This document shows positions 29,524 to 38,805 of a DNA stretch of 64,000 nucleotides, piece after piece; the stretch's first letter is position 1; each line of letters opens with the position of its first letter. The stretch is from NCBI GenBank assembly GCA_963775425.1, contig CAVZJB010000013.1, positions 1 to 64,000 of the forward strand. Direction: 5' to 3'. The position numbers were made by a program, and so were the translations under genes. The notes below the pieces were generated by a model. It had not been told where the DNA came from, made no database searches, and worked only from the letters and a program-made list of their open reading frames with translations. Origin of the DNA: an uncultured delta proteobacterium (GTDB lineage Bacteria > Myxococcota > UBA727 > VGSZ01).

Positions 29524-31139
29524 CGCCCGCCGAGATCCTCGCGCAGCGCTCGCTCGTGGCGCTGGTGCCGTGGGCGCCGTCGGGGGACCTGCTCGAGCCC
29601 GCCGCCGGCGTCGCCGTCGCCGCCCTCGACGACGACGCCGAGCTCCTCCTCGACGACGCGGGCCGCGCGCTGTTGTCGAGCTGGACCCGGCGCGACGATC
29701 GCGTGTTCCTCTTCGACGAGGCGCGCCCGTCGCTGCGGCGGCTGTTGCGCGCGGGCGTGGACGTCGCGCGGCCGGTGTGCCGCAATACGCTCGAGCGCCT
29801 CGCGGGCGCCTCCGTCGACGACACGGGCAACGTCACGCGCGATCCCACGGCGGCGCGCGAGCGGGCGCGCCAGATCGTGCACAAGCTCGAGTCGCAGCTC
29901 CAGCGCGTGGACGAGCGCGGACACAAGTTGGTGGCGCGCCTGGAGAACCTGGTCCTGCGCGCGTTCGCCGCGCTCGAGGACCGGGGCATGCCCATCGACG
30001 CCGACGGGTGGCGCGCGCTCGTCGAGGAGGCGCGCGCGAAGGCCGCCGGGGCGCGCGAGCGCCTGCTCGTCGAGGCCGGGGGGCACGTGCCGCGCGACCT
30101 GTTCGGGACGCCGGAGATCAACCTCGACGCCGACGCCGACGTGCGCCAGCTCCTGTTGCGCGTCACCGGCAAGAAGCTCGACGACGTCGCCCGCGGGACG
30201 CTCGCGGGGCTCGGGCACCCGGTGGCCGACGCGCTGCTCGCGTACCGGGAGAGCCACAAGATCGTGTCGACGTACGGCGACGCGTTCCTCTCCCGCGTCG
30301 ACGCGCGCGACGGCCGCGTCCACGCCACCTTCATCCCCCTCGGCGCGTCCACGGGGCGGGTGGCGTCGCGCGATCCGAACCTCCAGAACCTCCCCTCCGA
30401 CGCCCGCTTCCACGCGTGCCTGCGCGCGCCACCCGGCCGCGTGATGGTCACCGCCGACTACGCCACCTGCGAGCTGCGCATCGTCGCCGAGCTGTCGGGC
30501 GACCCGGTGTTCCTCGCGGCGTTCGAGCGCGGCGACGACCTGCACGCCACCGTGGCGTCGACCATGTTCGGCAAGCCCGTCAGCAAGAGCGAGAACCCCG
30601 AGCTCCGGCAGCGCGCCAAGGCCATCAACTTCGGCCTCGTCTACGGCATGGGCCCCGCCGCCCTCGCCAGCTCGTTGAACGTCCGCCTCGACGAGGGCGA
30701 GCGGCTGCTCGAGCAGTACTTCAAGACCTTCCCGCGCGTGCGTGCGTACCTGGAGGGCAACGTCGACACCGCCCTGTCGCGCGGCTGGGCCGAGACCGTG
30801 CTCGGCCGCCGGCTGGTGTTCGACAAGGACACCCTCAAGGGACCGAACGCCCGCGGCGAGCTGTCGCGGATCGCGAAGAACATGCCCATCCAGGGGACGA
30901 GCGCCGACATGACCAAGCTGGCCATGGTGCGCGTGCACGAGAGGCTCGTCGACGCGTTTTCCGGGAGCGCGGGCCTCGTGAACACCATCCACGACGAGCT
31001 GGTGGTCGAGTGCGACGAAGCCGACGGCGACGCCGTCGCCGCCGCCGTCGACCACGAGATGTCCGAGGCCCACCGCACCCTGCTGCGCGCCGTGCCGCCC
31101 CGGGTGGAGGTCCACGTCGGCCCCTCCTGGCACCACTGA
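29520..31139 (+). CDS. Minimal family-A DNA polymerase (539 aa; no 5'-3' nuclease, degenerate 3'-5' exonuclease)
   Basis: TGRVASRDPNLQN, motif A ADYATCELR, motif B RQRAKAINFGLVYG, NMPIQGTSAD, motif C IHDELV. Confidence 0.92.
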   Translation: MTPAEILAQRSLVALVPWAPSGDLLEPAAGVAVAALDDDAELLLDDAGRALLSSWTRRDDRVFLFDEARPSLRRLLRAGVDVARPVCRNTLERLAGASVDDTGNVTRDPTAARERARQIVHKLESQLQRVDERGHKLVARLENLVLRAFAALEDRGMPIDADGWRALVEEARAKAAGARERLLVEAGGHVPRDLFGTPEINLDADADVRQLLLRVTGKKLDDVARGTLAGLGHPVADALLAYRESHKIVSTYGDAFLSRVDARDGRVHATFIPLGASTGRVASRDPNLQNLPSDARFHACLRAPPGRVMVTADYATCELRIVAELSGDPVFLAAFERGDDLHATVASTMFGKPVSKSENPELRQRAKAINFGLVYGMGPAALASSLNVRLDEGERLLEQYFKTFPRVRAYLEGNVDTALSRGWAETVLGRRLVFDKDTLKGPNARGELSRIAKNMPIQGTSADMTKLAMVRVHERLVDAFSGSAGLVNTIHDELVVECDEADGDAVAAAVDHEMSEAHRTLLRAVPPRVEVHVGPSWHH

Positions 31140-31201
31140 CAGGCCCAGCCGGGCCGCCGTCCCCACGGGGCCCGCAGGGGCCACCGGCGCCGGCGACGGG
31201 G

Positions 31202-31229
31202 TTGACCGCTTTTTCGAAAGGGCTAACCC
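31202..31229 (+). promoter_or_regulatory. Putative sigma70-type promoter for nuoJKLN
   Basis: TTGACC-N16-TAACCC, 7 nt before ATG 31237. Confidence 0.45.
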
Positions 31230-31236
31230 GCGACGC

Positions 31237-31725
31237 ATGCTGCCCGTCGTCCCTGTTGTCTTGTGTTGCTGCCTGGCGGCGCTGTCCGCCCTGGGCGTGG
31301 TGCTGTTGCGCCGGACGGTCCACGTGGCCGTGTCGCTCCTCGCGCACTCGCTGTCGCTGGCGGCGCTGTACTTCTCGCTCGACGCGCAGTTCGTCGGCGT
31401 GGCCCAGACGCTCATCTACTCCGGCGCCATCGTGGTGCTCTTCCTTATCGTCGTCGCGCTCCTGCCCACCGGGGGACGCGAAGCGATCACGATGAAGAAC
31501 CAGGCCTCCGGGCTCCTGGTCTTCGCCGCCGTCGCCGTCGCCCTCGGCTCCGCCGTGTGGGCGGCCAAGGTGCCCGCCGTGAGCTCGCGCGGCTTCACCG
31601 TCGAAGAGGTCGGCGCGCCGCTCTTTCACGACCTGATCGCGCCCTTCGAGCTCACCGCGCCGCTGCTGCTCGCCGCCATCGTCGCCGCCATCGCGCTGTG
31701 GCGCCGCCAGGAGGCCCGCCGATGA
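31237..31725 (+). CDS. nuoJ: NuoJ-like membrane subunit
   Basis: LDAQFVGVAQTLIYSGAIVVLFL; LF...PFEL...LLAAIVAAI. Confidence 0.88.
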   Translation: MLPVVPVVLCCCLAALSALGVVLLRRTVHVAVSLLAHSLSLAALYFSLDAQFVGVAQTLIYSGAIVVLFLIVVALLPTGGREAITMKNQASGLLVFAAVAVALGSAVWAAKVPAVSSRGFTVEEVGAPLFHDLIAPFELTAPLLLAAIVAAIALWRRQEARR

Positions 31726-32024
31726 ACCCGCAGCTCTTCGTCCTCGCCGCCGCTTGCTTCATCTTCTGCTGCGGCTGCGCCGGCGTCGTCATGCGCAGAA
31801 ACCCCGTCGCCGTCCTCATGAGCGTGGAGCTCATGATCAACGCGTCCATCATGACGCTGGTCCTCGGCAGCCGCGTGCACGGCCACGCCTCCGGTCAGTC
31901 CACCGCGCTCCTCGTCCTCGTGCTCGGCGCCGCCGAAGCCGTCGTCGGCCTCGCCCTCGCCCTCGCCCTCTTCCGCAACCGCACCCGCGTCGACGTCGAC
32001 GATCCTCAGGAGATCCAGGGATGA
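31722..32024 (+). CDS. nuoK: NuoK-like membrane subunit
   Basis: RRNP, MSVELMINA, GAAEAVVGLAL; ATGA overlaps. Confidence 0.92.
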   Translation: MNPQLFVLAAACFIFCCGCAGVVMRRNPVAVLMSVELMINASIMTLVLGSRVHGHASGQSTALLVLVLGAAEAVVGLALALALFRNRTRVDVDDPQEIQG

Positions 32025-34036
32025 TCCACGACGTCCTCGCCTGGTCCTTCCTCCTCCCCCTCGTCACGCTGCTGTTGTCGGCGTCGGGGCTCCCCGGCCG
32101 CGCCGGCGCGCTGTCGTGGCTGTCGCCCGCCGTCATCTTCGGCCTCGCGCTCGCCTGCCTGCTCGCCGGCGATCTCCACGGCAACGACGTCGTCGTCGCC
32201 GGCTGGGTGCCGTTCCTCCCCGACACCGCGTTCCGCCTCCACGTCGACGCCCTCGCCGACGTCATGCTCCTCGTCGTCGGCGGCGTGTCGACGTGCGTGT
32301 ACGTGTACTCGCTCGGCTACATGAAGGACGACGAGCGGCCCCACCGCTTCTTCGCCTTCCTCGACTTCTTCGTCGCGTCCATGGTGCTGCTCGTCGTCGC
32401 CGGCAACCTCGGCGTGCTCCTCATCGGTTGGACGGGCGTCGGCGTCGCGTCGTTTCTCCTCATCTCCTTTTGGTGGCAGCGCGGGGAGCCCCTGCAGGCG
32501 GGCTTCCTCGCCCTCGGCGCGAACGCCATCGGCGACGCCGCGCTCCTCGTCGCCGTCGTCCTCATCCCCAAGGGCGCCGGCAACCTCGCCGGGCTCGGCG
32601 GCATGGACATGTCGTCGGTGCCCGGCGGCGGCGCCACCATCGCCTGGTGCCTCGTCATCGCCGCCTGCGCCAAGAGCGCGCAGGGGCCGCTTTGGTGGTG
32701 GCTGCCCTCGGCCATGGCCGGCCCCACGCCGGTGTCGGCCCTCATCCACGCCGCCACCATGGTCGCCGCCGGCGTCTATCTGCTCGTGCGCACCTCGGGC
32801 CTGCTCATGCACTCCGACGTCGTCATGTGGAACATCACGCTCATCGGCCTGTGCACGGCCATCGGCGGCGGCGTCGCGTCTTTGTGGCAGACCAACTTCA
32901 AGCGCGGCCTCGCGTACTCCACGGTCTCGCAGCTCGGCTGGATGTTCACGGCCATCGGCGTCGGTGCGCCCCTCGCGGCGCTCTTCCACCTCATCACGCA
33001 CGCGAGCTTCAAGGCCATGCTCTTCCTGTCCGCGGGCACCGTCATCGCGGCCACCCACCACGAGGAGGACATCCGCAAGATGGGCGGCCTGCGCAAGAAG
33101 CTGCCCATGGCGCACGCCTACTTCGTGCTCGGCACGCTCTCGCTCATCGGAGCGCCGTTCATCACCGCGGGCGCGTTCTCCAAGGACGCCATGCTGCAGG
33201 GCGCGCTGTCGTCGCAGTGGCCGTTCATCGGCTGGATCCTGCTGGTGTCGACGGTGATCACCGGCGCCTACGCCGGCCGCCTGTTGTTCGGCGCCTTCTA
33301 CGGCCCCGAGGGCGAAGCGGTGAAGCACGCGCACGCCCCGGGCGCCTTGTTCGATTGGCCGCTGCTGCCGCTCGCCGCCGGCGCCGTCGCGCTCGGCTGG
33401 GTCCAGGCGCAGACCCACGCGCTGTCGCGCTTGCTCGGCGGCGAGATCGACGCGGACCTCCCCCACGACGGCATGGCCTGGGGCGTGATGGCCGGCGCGT
33501 TCGCCGCCGGCCTCGTCGGCGTCGGCATCGGCGCCCTCATCGCGCGCACGCGCACCAAGTGCCTGCCGGCGCCGCCGCAGGCGCTCACGGGCGCGCTGCT
33601 CGGCGAGCTCAAGGCCATGCCCGACAGCTTCGCCTCCATCCACGACGGCCGCGTCGGGCGCTATGCGCTCATCGGCCTCGTCGGCACGGCCCTCATCGTC
33701 TACCTGGCGCAGCGGCCGCCGTCGGTGGCGCCCGCGGGCGACCGCGCCGCGGTGGGCATGAAGGCCCCGGAGCGCGAGCGCCCGCAGAAGAAGAAGCCGC
33801 GGGCCATCGACCCGCGCCAGGCCAAGGCCAAGGCCATCGAGCGCCTGCAGAACATGCTCCACGCGCGCACGCCCGCCGAGCTCAAGCGCCGCCTCGAGCA
33901 GCAGCGCAAGCACGCCGAGGAGCACGGCAAGGACCCGTCGAAGCTCGACGCCGGCGGCAACCCCCGCCGCGGGCCCGGCAAGCTCGTCCCGGTGCAGCCC
34001 AAGAAGCCCGGCGGAGACCAGGGGAGGACGCCATGA
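32021..34036 (+). CDS. nuoL: NuoL-like antiporter subunit (atypical)
   Basis: YSLGYM, KSAQGPL..WLPSAMAGPTPVSALIHAATMV, LAYSTVSQLG, HLITHASFKA, DIRKMGGL, FSKD; WTGVG instead of WEGVG; 108-aa basic tail. Confidence 0.88.
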   Translation: MIHDVLAWSFLLPLVTLLLSASGLPGRAGALSWLSPAVIFGLALACLLAGDLHGNDVVVAGWVPFLPDTAFRLHVDALADVMLLVVGGVSTCVYVYSLGYMKDDERPHRFFAFLDFFVASMVLLVVAGNLGVLLIGWTGVGVASFLLISFWWQRGEPLQAGFLALGANAIGDAALLVAVVLIPKGAGNLAGLGGMDMSSVPGGGATIAWCLVIAACAKSAQGPLWWWLPSAMAGPTPVSALIHAATMVAAGVYLLVRTSGLLMHSDVVMWNITLIGLCTAIGGGVASLWQTNFKRGLAYSTVSQLGWMFTAIGVGAPLAALFHLITHASFKAMLFLSAGTVIAATHHEEDIRKMGGLRKKLPMAHAYFVLGTLSLIGAPFITAGAFSKDAMLQGALSSQWPFIGWILLVSTVITGAYAGRLLFGAFYGPEGEAVKHAHAPGALFDWPLLPLAAGAVALGWVQAQTHALSRLLGGEIDADLPHDGMAWGVMAGAFAAGLVGVGIGALIARTRTKCLPAPPQALTGALLGELKAMPDSFASIHDGRVGRYALIGLVGTALIVYLAQRPPSVAPAGDRAAVGMKAPERERPQKKKPRAIDPRQAKAKAIERLQNMLHARTPAELKRRLEQQRKHAEEHGKDPSKLDAGGNPRRGPGKLVPVQPKKPGGDQGRTP

Positions 34037-35346
34037 CGCTCTTGAGCTGGGTCGAGCGCGCCGAGCTGCTGCTCGTCGTCGTCGCCCTCGCGCTCCTCGT
34101 GTTCGCGCCGCGCCTGGAGCGGCTCCCCTTCGTCACCGCGGGCGTCGGCCTCGTCGGCGCCGCCGTCGCCATCGGCTGCGGCGTGCTCGCGGGCGGCGCC
34201 GAGCGCTTCGCCCTCGTCGTCGCCGGCGGCTGCGTCGCCGCCGCCATGCTGCTCCTGCACGCGGCCGAGATGTTCGACGACCGCCAACGCCCCGAGGCCG
34301 CGGCCCTCGTCGTCATCGGCGGCATCGGCGCCGTGGTGCTCGCGACGGGCGCGACGCTCCTCGAGCTCGCCGTCGGCGTGGAGATGCTCTCGCTCACCGC
34401 GGCCGCGCTCGTCGCCCTGGGCCACGGCCAGCGGCCGCTCGAGGCCGGCTTCAAGTACTTCGTGCTCACGGCGGTGACGTTCGCCACGTTCCTCTTCGGC
34501 ATGGCGCTCGTGTTCGTGGGCACGGGCTCGCTCGCGCTGCCCGGCCCGGGCTCGGCGTCGCACGGCATGCAGCTCGTCGTCGCCGCCGGCGCCGGCCTCA
34601 TGGTCATCGGCCTCGCGTTCAAGCTCGCCGTCATCCCCGTGCACTTCGGCGCGCTCGACGCGTACACCGCGGGGCCTTCGAGCTTCGTCGGCTTCATCAT
34701 GGTCGCGTCCAAGCTCGGCGCGGCGTTGGCGTTGCTCCGCCTTGCCACGGCCATGGGCGCGTCCATCGAGTCGCTCTTGATGGGCATCGGCATCGGCACC
34801 ATCGCCTTCGGCGTCGTCGCCAGCTTCGCCCAGACCGATCTGCGGCGCCTGCTCGCCTACTCGGCCGTCGCGCACGCCGGCTTCCTCGCGCTCGGCGCCG
34901 GCAGCCACGCGCCCGACGCCGTTCGCTTCTACATCGTCGCCTACGGCAGCGCGGCGCTGTTGTGCTTCGCCGCCCTCGCCGGCACCGGCACCGGCGGCTT
35001 CCCGATCACCGCGCTCGGCGGCGCGCGCGGCCTCGGGCGCGGGCGCTCGCTCGCGCTGCTCCTCGGCCTCTTGTCGCTCGCGGGCGTCCCGCCCACGCCG
35101 GGCTTCTTCGCCAAGCTCGCGGTGCTCTCCGCGGCTTTCCATACGTGGGGAACGCTCGCCACCGCCATCGCAGCCCTGGGCGGCGTCGTCGGCGTCATCT
35201 ACTACCTGAGGCCCATGCCCGACCTGTTGGCGTCGACGACGACCAAGGAGCACGACGGCGGCGGCCTCTCCGCTGCCTTGTGGGTCGTCATCGTCGTCGC
35301 GATCGGCATCGCCCCCGCCCTGATCTGGAAGCTCTCGCACTTCTGA
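34033..35346 (+). CDS. nuoN: NuoN-like antiporter subunit
   Basis: GVEMLSL, EAGFKYF, FKLAVIPVH, ASK, RRLLAYSAVAHAG, SLAGVPPTPGFFAK, YYLR. Confidence 0.88.
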   Translation: MTLLSWVERAELLLVVVALALLVFAPRLERLPFVTAGVGLVGAAVAIGCGVLAGGAERFALVVAGGCVAAAMLLLHAAEMFDDRQRPEAAALVVIGGIGAVVLATGATLLELAVGVEMLSLTAAALVALGHGQRPLEAGFKYFVLTAVTFATFLFGMALVFVGTGSLALPGPGSASHGMQLVVAAGAGLMVIGLAFKLAVIPVHFGALDAYTAGPSSFVGFIMVASKLGAALALLRLATAMGASIESLLMGIGIGTIAFGVVASFAQTDLRRLLAYSAVAHAGFLALGAGSHAPDAVRFYIVAYGSAALLCFAALAGTGTGGFPITALGGARGLGRGRSLALLLGLLSLAGVPPTPGFFAKLAVLSAAFHTWGTLATAIAALGGVVGVIYYLRPMPDLLASTTTKEHDGGGLSAALWVVIVVAIGIAPALIWKLSHF

Positions 35347-35406
35347 GCCACTCCGTCTGTTCCCCTACCAGAACAGGTGCGCGTCAGGCCGGTGTACGAT
35401 CGGCGG

Positions 35407-37800
35407 ATGCGCCTCCGTCACGCCATCTCGTCGATGTTCGCGCTCTTCGCGTTCTTCGCCCCGGTCTGCGTCTCCGGCAACGCTCGCGCCGCGACCATCA
35501 CGGTGACGTCTGCCGACGGCGGCGCCACGGTGGACGGCGCGTGCTCGCTCCTCGAGGCCGTCAGCGCCGCCGCCAGTGACGCCGCCGTCGACGGCTGCGA
35601 CGCAGGCAACGGCATCGACGAGATCGTGTTTGATCCTTCGCTCGCCGGCGCGAGCATCGCCCTGTCGAGCTCGCTGTCCACGTCTCAGGCGGTCACCATC
35701 GACGGCAGCGCCGCGCCCGGGGTGAGCATCTCGTTTTCGCCGCAGTTCGCCGGCGTCCGCAACAGCGCGGCGCTCACGCTGCGCGGGCTCACGTTCGCCG
35801 GGAGCGCCGTCGACGGGCCGCTGATCGAGCCGAGCGCCGCGCTCACCCTCGACACTGTCGCCATCATCAACAACAGCGTGCAGTTCGGCGCGCTCATCGC
35901 GCCCGCAAGCTCGAGGGCGTCGCTCAACCTCACCGACGTCACCATCGAGGACGACACGCTCGGCTCGGACCCCGCGCTCACCTGGACCGACGGCGGCGCG
36001 CTCACCGCAGACCGCGTCGCCTTCCGGCGCCTGACCGGCGTGGCGCTGGATGTGGCGTCGAGCGGCCTGAGCCCCAACGCCGCCCTGCGCGACATCATCG
36101 TCGAGGACGTCGCCGCCGTCGGTGACGACGTCGTCGCCCACGTCGCCGGCGGCACGGTCGAGGGCTTCACGGCGACCAACGTCACGACGGGGTCCACCGG
36201 GATCGCGTTGAGCTTCGAGGCGAGCAACCTCGGCACCATCCAGGTCACCGACCTCACCGTCGACGGCTGCGCCGGCGCGTCCTGCGTGCTGTTCGACGGC
36301 GCCGGCTCCATCACCAGCGTGCTCACGCGTCCGACGGTGACCAACTCCGCCGCCACGACCGCGATCACGTTGGACGTCTCGAGCGGCATCGTCCGCGTCG
36401 TCGACGCCGACATCGACAGCTCCGCCGGCGGGCTCGTCGCCGTCAACAACGGCGGCTCCGGGCGCATGGAGGTGGAGGGGCTTTTCCAGCGCGACGTCGG
36501 CGACGCCGGGCGGACGACGTCGACGCTGGTGCTGCGGGCCGACGGCGCGGGCACCACGGTGATCGCGAGCAACATCACGGTCGAGCGCAACGTCATCTCG
36601 ACGAGCGCCCTCGTGCCCACCGTGGAGATCAACGCGGCGGGGTCGCTCGGCACCCTCAAGGTCGACGACATCGACGTCATCGACTCCGAGGGGCCCGAGC
36701 CACTGGAGGTGCTCGGGAGCGAGATCGGCAACGTCACCGTGACCCGCGCGTCCGTCGTGGGGACGACGGGCGGGGCGCACGCGCTGCGCGTGAGGACGAC
36801 GGGGAGCGGCATCGCGACGGTCGCGCGCATGCTCGTCGAGGACAACGCGGTGACCGGGGCGCAGGTGAGCGTGGAAGGCGGCACGGTGACGGTCACCGAG
36901 GCCGTCGTCGTCGGCGGCGACGCGGTGTCGATCGCCGCGGGCCGCGTGCGCAACACCACCATCGCGCTCGCGGACACCGGCATCACGTGCACCGGCGCGG
37001 GGTCACCGCGGATCGAGAATGATCTCATCGGTGACGACGTCGTGACGGCGAGCTCCGGCTGCGGCGCGCTCACCGGGAGCGGCAACGTCATCGGCGTCGA
37101 CCCGCTCTACCTCGCCCCTTCTCTCGTCGGCGGCGACTTCCACACGGGGGACGGCTCGCCCGCCATCGACGCCGGCGTGGTTCCCTCGTTCCCCGCCCTC
37201 TCCACCGTCGACTTCGACGGCAACCCCCGCGTCCAGGGCAACGCCGTCGACAGCGGCGCGTTCGAGCACCCCGACCCCGCCGGCGAAGGCGAAGGCGAGG
37301 GAGAGGGAGAAGGCGAGGGAGAAGGCGAGGGAGAGGGCGAAGGCGAGGGAGAGGGCGAGGGAGAGGGCGAGGGCGAAGGCGAGGGAGAAGGCGAGGGCGA
37401 AGGCGAAGGCGAGGGCGAGGGAGAAGGCGAAGGAGAAGGCGAAGGAGAAGGTGACGTCGGCGAGGGAGAGGGCGAGGGAGAAGGTGACGTCGGCGAGGGA
37501 GAGGGCGAGGGAGAAGGCGAGGGCGAGGGAGAGGGCGAGGGCGAGGGAGAAGGCGAAGGAGAAGGCGAAGGAGAAGGCGACGTCGGCGAGGGAGAGGGCG
37601 AGGGAGAAGGTGACGTCGGCGAGGGAGAGGGCGAAGGCGACGCCGGCGAGGGAGAGGGCGAGGGAGGCGGCGCGGCGCCGCCCGGGTGCGGCTGCGGCGC
37701 GACCTCGGGGGACGGCGGCGCGCTGTTCTTCTTCCTCGCGGCTCTCGCGCTGCGGCCCGGCCGGCGCGTTTGCGGAAGGCGGCGCGCGAAGGAGCTCTGA
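35407..37800 (+). CDS. Secreted beta-helix surface protein (CSLREA-like N-terminus, choice-of-anchor-Q-like domain, poly-GE, MYXO-CTERM)
   Basis: Signal peptide; [10 protein letters not shown]; SPAIDAG...DFDGNPR...DSGAFE; GE tract; GCGC + hydrophobic + RR. Confidence 0.85.
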   Translation: MRLRHAISSMFALFAFFAPVCVSGNARAATITVTSADGGATVDGACSLLEAVSAAASDAAVDGCDAGNGIDEIVFDPSLAGASIALSSSLSTSQAVTIDGSAAPGVSISFSPQFAGVRNSAALTLRGLTFAGSAVDGPLIEPSAALTLDTVAIINNSVQFGALIAPASSRASLNLTDVTIEDDTLGSDPALTWTDGGALTADRVAFRRLTGVALDVASSGLSPNAALRDIIVEDVAAVGDDVVAHVAGGTVEGFTATNVTTGSTGIALSFEASNLGTIQVTDLTVDGCAGASCVLFDGAGSITSVLTRPTVTNSAATTAITLDVSSGIVRVVDADIDSSAGGLVAVNNGGSGRMEVEGLFQRDVGDAGRTTSTLVLRADGAGTTVIASNITVERNVISTSALVPTVEINAAGSLGTLKVDDIDVIDSEGPEPLEVLGSEIGNVTVTRASVVGTTGGAHALRVRTTGSGIATVARMLVEDNAVTGAQVSVEGGTVTVTEAVVVGGDAVSIAAGRVRNTTIALADTGITCTGAGSPRIENDLIGDDVVTASSGCGALTGSGNVIGVDPLYLAPSLVGGDFHTGDGSPAIDAGVVPSFPALSTVDFDGNPRVQGNAVDSGAFEHPDPAGEGEGEGEGEGEGEGEGEGEGEGEGEGEGEGEGEGEGEGEGEGEGEGEGEGEGEGEGDVGEGEGEGEGDVGEGEGEGEGEGEGEGEGEGEGEGEGEGEGDVGEGEGEGEGDVGEGEGEGDAGEGEGEGGGAAPPGCGCGATSGDGGALFFFLAALALRPGRRVCGRRRAKEL
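37282..37665 (+). repeat. Poly(Gly-Glu) coding hexamer repeat (~128 codons)
   Basis: GG(C/A)GA(A/G) array with GDV/GDA interruptions. Confidence 0.95.
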
Positions 37801-37851
37801 GCGTGCGGTCGGCGAGCGGCGTCGTCGCGGGGCTCTCGTCGAGGTCGCAGA

Positions 37852-37877
37852 CGCGGGGACAAGCCCCCGCCCTGCGG
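37852..37877. repeat. REP-like palindrome half-element
   Basis: GCGGGGACAAGCCCCCGC hairpin; 20/21 identity to 62658-62678. Confidence 0.6.
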
Positions 37878-37878
37878 T

Positions 37879-37976
37879 TCGTCGCATCCGACGTCGTGAA
37901 TGGGTCGTCGCAGCCGACGTCGTGAACAGGTCGTCGCAGCCGACGTCGCGAACGGGTCGTCGCAGCCGACGTCGCG
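37879..37976. repeat. Intergenic 26-bp tandem repeat (~3.8 copies)
   Basis: TCGTCGCA(T/G)CCGACGTCG(T/C)GAA(T/C)(G/A)GG at 37879, 37905, 37931 and 37957 (partial). Confidence 0.9.
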
Positions 37977-38083
37977 CGTCGCTACGGGCGTGCGGCGGCG
38001 TACGCGGCGAGCTTCGGAATCATCCAGGCGGCAACGATGGCCGCGCCGCGCCTCGCGGAGAGCACACGCGCTACGATGGGCCT

Positions 38084-38800
38084 GTGGTCGACCCGCTCGA
38101 AGAAGACACCAGCGACGGCCTCGAAAAGACCGAGGAGGCCACCGAGGTCGGCGAAGTCCCCACCGTCTCGGGGGCGCCGCCGCCCAAGCCGCTCAGCTTC
38201 ACCCGCGGGATGAACATCCGCGCGGCCACCGGCTGGGTGCGCGACCGCTATGGCGAGGGTGGCGTCTCAGCGCTCGCCCGCTCGCTCCCGCTCGACGTCG
38301 TCGGCGAGCTCGGCGGGCCGTCACTCAAACCGTCGCCGACGTCGTGGACGCCGTTCCTCGCGCACGCGCAACAGCTCGAGCACATCGACGCCATCTTCGG
38401 CGACGGCGACCTCGAGCTCCTCCGCGAGGTCGGACGCGGCATGGCGAAGCGCGACTTCCCCGCCATCGCGCGCCCCATCGCCGCTCTGCTGAGCCCCGGG
38501 TTCTTCCTCGACATGGCGACGAAGATCTGGGGCCTCTACCACACGCACGGGAGCTGGGAGATCTCGCGCGGAGACCGTGAGATCCAGGGGCTCCTCGTCA
38601 ACCGCCCTGAGAACCACCCCGCGTTCTGCATGGCGATGCGCGGCTGGGTCGAGGGCGCCTTGATGTTCTGCGGCGCCGTCGACGTCGACACCCAGGAGGA
38701 GCGCTGCGCCGCCCAGGGCGCGCCGCTGTGCAGCTTGCGGATGACCTGGCGTGAAAAGCGCGACGGCGCGCGCGACCGACGACCGCGCCCGCCGACCTGA
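38084..38800 (+). CDS. V4R/HNOX-like myxobacterial hypothetical protein
   Basis: [27 protein letters not shown]...[17 protein letters not shown]. Confidence 0.65.
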   Translation: MVDPLEEDTSDGLEKTEEATEVGEVPTVSGAPPPKPLSFTRGMNIRAATGWVRDRYGEGGVSALARSLPLDVVGELGGPSLKPSPTSWTPFLAHAQQLEHIDAIFGDGDLELLREVGRGMAKRDFPAIARPIAALLSPGFFLDMATKIWGLYHTHGSWEISRGDREIQGLLVNRPENHPAFCMAMRGWVEGALMFCGAVDVDTQEERCAAQGAPLCSLRMTWREKRDGARDRRPRPPT

Positions 38801-38805
38801 CGACG

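Noticed and set aside
29520-31139. Prophage or plasmid origin for the PolA gene
   Set aside because: No helicase, primase, integrase or structural genes nearby; codon style matches the host and the gene is coupled to host signalling genes.
37879-37976. Possible CRISPR array
   Set aside because: Units are contiguous with no unique spacers, and there are no cas genes in the window.
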